From Octopus vulgaris (Eukaryota): a DNA stretch of 64,000 nucleotides. A model generated the notes under the pieces. It saw only the letters and a list, made by a program, of their open reading frames with translations. It searched no databases and was not told where the DNA came from. The stretch spans positions 47,120,001 to 47,184,000 of the forward strand of contig OX597819.1 of NCBI GenBank assembly GCA_951406725.2, in the 5' to 3' direction. Position numbers and translations under genes: made by a program. Of this stretch, positions 60,822 to 64,000 are shown in pieces. Numbering within the stretch: the stretch's first letter is position 1; each line of letters opens with the position of its first letter.

Positions 60822-62386
60822 GATTATTAATTTGGCTAGTCAACGTTGTGATGTCACTTTGGGGTAGTGGTTAGCGTATCTATACTATGCAATATACGGC
60901 AGAAGCTGCGTTCGAATTCTGCAGGCGATGTTACAACTTCTTTTCAGTTTACTTGTGTATTAGATAAGTAGATATAGTATCATAACTTGGTGCTGTGTAG
61001 ATTGAAAATCGTCGTTGACAGGCCGTTGGTATATAATTTTAGCTGCTTATATTAAATCTCTTCATTTGGACGGTCAAAATTCTCATATCCTCTTGGGTGA
61101 TATCAGAATTCTGATATCCTCTTGAGTGTAATGATTAGCACAGCAGATACAATGTTCGAATCCCTCGGGCAATGTCAAAGTTTTTTTCAATCTTGAGATG
61201 GGGGAGGGGATGGAAATTTTTCCTTTTTGTAAAATGTAACGAAACTACGAAGCTCTCTAGCAAGATCTTTATCAATGGCCTGACGAGAAATGTTACAGGC
61301 ATTTAGAGATAGATGAAAAAATATCCTATGGAAGGAGAAAATATGATTTATGGGTTAGCCTTCAGATCAAGCCCTGGTACCAATATCTGTAACAGAGTGG
61401 ACTCCAGTAATGACACACCCAAGGGCCAGCAGATGATATTAAATGCACACGAGGACAACGTGACGGTGATACAACGGATGTCACGAATTAGCTTATCACT
61501 CAAAATCAGTTATGGGCTTTCAATTCGACGGGCTTTCGTATAGTTAGTTTCTATCAACTTTATATCATTCTCAAAGCCTAAGTCGACCCGAGGTTATAAT
61601 AGAAGACGCTTAACCAAGAAGCTGTGCTGAGTGATCGAGTCAGTCCATTGAGCTGTAAACTGTCACCAAAGATATAAGAAACTCTTACGGTAGTCAATCG
61701 TGATATGTAGTTAATAGTATATCATATCTACCACAATTTTATTTGGTTCGAGATACGACTTGTCTTTACAATAGATACCAGATACAAAATATAACCTGTG
61801 GGGGAGGTGGAGTTAAATGACTCAGAGTCCTCATCATACTCCGTCATCCCTCTTTGTTTTGAGTTTGATCTTTTTGCTCGGCCATCGTTTTTATCACTCC
61901 ATTTATTCTGATTAGTTCCTCGAGTGCCGCATTTTATATTTTCTAGATTTATGGCTAACATTCTGTGAGATACGACTCTGCAGTAGACACAACTCATTTT
62001 CAGACAAATAGCGTGGAACAACATTAAAGGAAATGCCTTGATCAGAGACACATCACGCCGGCCGGTCCTAGAATGGAATCCACGCCTTTGCGATTGTGAG
62101 TCCATCACCTAACAAGTGACTTACAAAAGTGTGGGTTATCTAGTTTCTGAAGCGTTGGCTACCCAGTCTACAATTCAAAGGTTCGTATCTTGTCCAGTGG
62201 TAAAGACTGACGATGCTGAAGTACCAGCATCTTATCATAGAAATTTGTCTACCAAACTGGCATCAAGTACCACAGGCAGTAATAATTCGCTATCTCTGTC
62301 GAGCTCTTTTGTCAATCCGCTAAGTTGCATGGTGATGGGGTCGAACAAACAGACACAAAAGCACACAACATATATATATAAAAGTC

Positions 62387-62836
62387 ATGTTTATCGCCAC
62401 ATCAATATGGCTGTTCGATGTTACTACACCGTTACCACCGTTTGACCCCAGACAGATCTTCTGCCAGCTGGTTATCGGTGCAAACTGCACCCTGTGTATA
62501 TTGCAAGTAGTAGGAAGCTAACCCCTACTATCCTAGCAGACGACGGAATTACGAGACCGACCAGTTTCGGACTACTTGTGCCCATCTTCAGTCGTGAACA
62601 CCCGGCCGCTAGAAATAGCAGGAGTTTGCTCCAGCTCGCAATATGCAGAAAATTTATCGACCATCAGTCACTAATCTTGCAACAAGCAAAGTTAGCTAGT
62701 TAGAAAATCTCAATAAGAGATGAAAGTAGCAACTATTCTGAGAAGTATAATGTTTATCGTCACATCGATATGACTGTTCGACGTTACTACCGTTTTAACC
62801 CCAGGCAGATCCTCTGGCAGCTGGTTACCGGTGCAA
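62387..62836 (-). mobile_element. Retrozyme-like or pLTR-like unit with ~90 bp terminal direct repeats
   Basis: 62387-62483 and 62750-62836 are direct repeats (atgtttatcg.cacatc.atatg.ctgttcga..cagctggtta.cggtgcaa), period ~363 bp. They enclose a hammerhead and sit at the (TA)n of a decayed family B SINE. Confidence 0.6.
62551..62595 (-). ncRNA. Type I hammerhead ribozyme motif
   Basis: Minus strand reads ACGA-CUGAAGA-U-GGGC-ACAAGUA-GUCC-GAAA-CUG-GU-CGG-UC-UCGU. The core is intact, stems I/II/III can form, and the cleavage triplet is GUC. Confidence 0.7.
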
Positions 62837-62871
62837 CATTACTTCCACACAATTTCCGTCTACCAAATTCA

Positions 62872-63275
<404 letters not shown>

Positions 63276-63902
63276 AGTCGGCACAGGGATTGGTAGAAGA
63301 TACTTGACCAAGCTGTCGCACAGCAGAACTGAACCAGAAACCACATAGCTGCCAAGCGAGCTTTTTAACCATACCACCATGCATTCGCCTATGCATAACT
63401 TTTCAAAATGCCGAACCGTTTAACAACATGTAAAATTGATCGGTTAATTGCATAAGAAAATCATAAAGATCCAATTAATTAACATAAGTTTTTTTTTCTT
63501 TCAGAGCTTTTTTTTTTCGATTTAGGATGAAAACTGGCCGATAATTGCATAAAACTGAACATATGATTTTATATGAATTTAATAATTCCAGAAGTCTCCG
63601 TTTTTATGACCATTTGAAATAGCAGTAATTCGTAGTTCGCGCTTACAAACAACCAATGTCGCCAACAGAATATTCGAGGTATTCTTGCCATTTCAATTAT
63701 TTAAATATTATCGAAATTCAAATCTATGTGTATTCTTACCATATGTTTGATTATTTTAATTACGTAATTATTTTGATTATGTTATACGATTATTCTATAA
63801 ATAAATCTTCATTATAGATAAAATTTGCAAAATGTTAGTTTAATCAAACTGAAACGATGCTGATTTGTTGCCTTCGTTATCGACAATATTAACCATTCTC
63901 AA

Positions 63903-63980
63903 GGTGATAGTCTAGTGGTTAAGGTGTTCGGCTCATGATCATAATGTTGTGAGTTCAATTCCGAAATCGGGTAGCATATT
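63903..63980 (+). mobile_element. tRNA-like SINE head (diverged)
   Basis: ggtgatagtctagtggttaagg...gagttcaattcc has A/B-box-like motifs but no complete acceptor stem. Confidence 0.4.
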
Positions 63981-64000
63981 TGTTTTGTTGTTTTTTTTTA

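Noticed and set aside
60853-60930. tRNA-like sequence with A/B-box motifs (also ~61117-61178)
   Set aside because: A cloverleaf cannot be completed; at best a decayed tRNA or SINE head.
61099-61118. Perfect 20-bp palindrome gatatcagaattctgatatc
   Set aside because: Isolated and flanked by a short local duplication (atatcctcttg.gtg); most simply a repair or slippage scar.

Overview
This is AT-rich eukaryotic genomic DNA saturated with microsatellites. The tRNA-derived SINE families, Penelope debris and C2H2-ZNF relic suggest an octopus or other coleoid cephalopod (inference). No intact host protein-coding gene was recognised, and nearly all ORF-track entries are translations of (TA)n, (CA)n, (TATG)n, (GATA)n or trinucleotide tracts. 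The main real coding feature is a near-intact, ~5.9 kb L1/Tx1-clade non-LTR retrotransposon on the minus strand (~20172-26058). Its ORF1 has a zinc knuckle and its ORF2 has APE, RT and a C-terminal zinc finger, with one frameshift near the 3' end. It sits inside a (GATA)n array, and two 5'-truncated relatives also end on (GATA)n arrays. The most interesting signals are three. (1) There is an apparent (GATA)n/(TATC)n-targeting Tx1 family, plus a SINE whose 3' tail matches the Tx1 3' end, occurs inside a GATA array and forms head-to-tail multimers. (2) Two ~360-430 bp units have terminal direct repeats and each encloses a type I hammerhead ribozyme (retrozyme- or Penelope pLTR-like); further decayed hammerheads and long hairpins occur elsewhere. 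(3) There are fossil Tc1/mariner, hAT, Penelope GIY-YIG and C2H2 zinc-finger sequences. All calls were made by eye, and boundaries are approximate.
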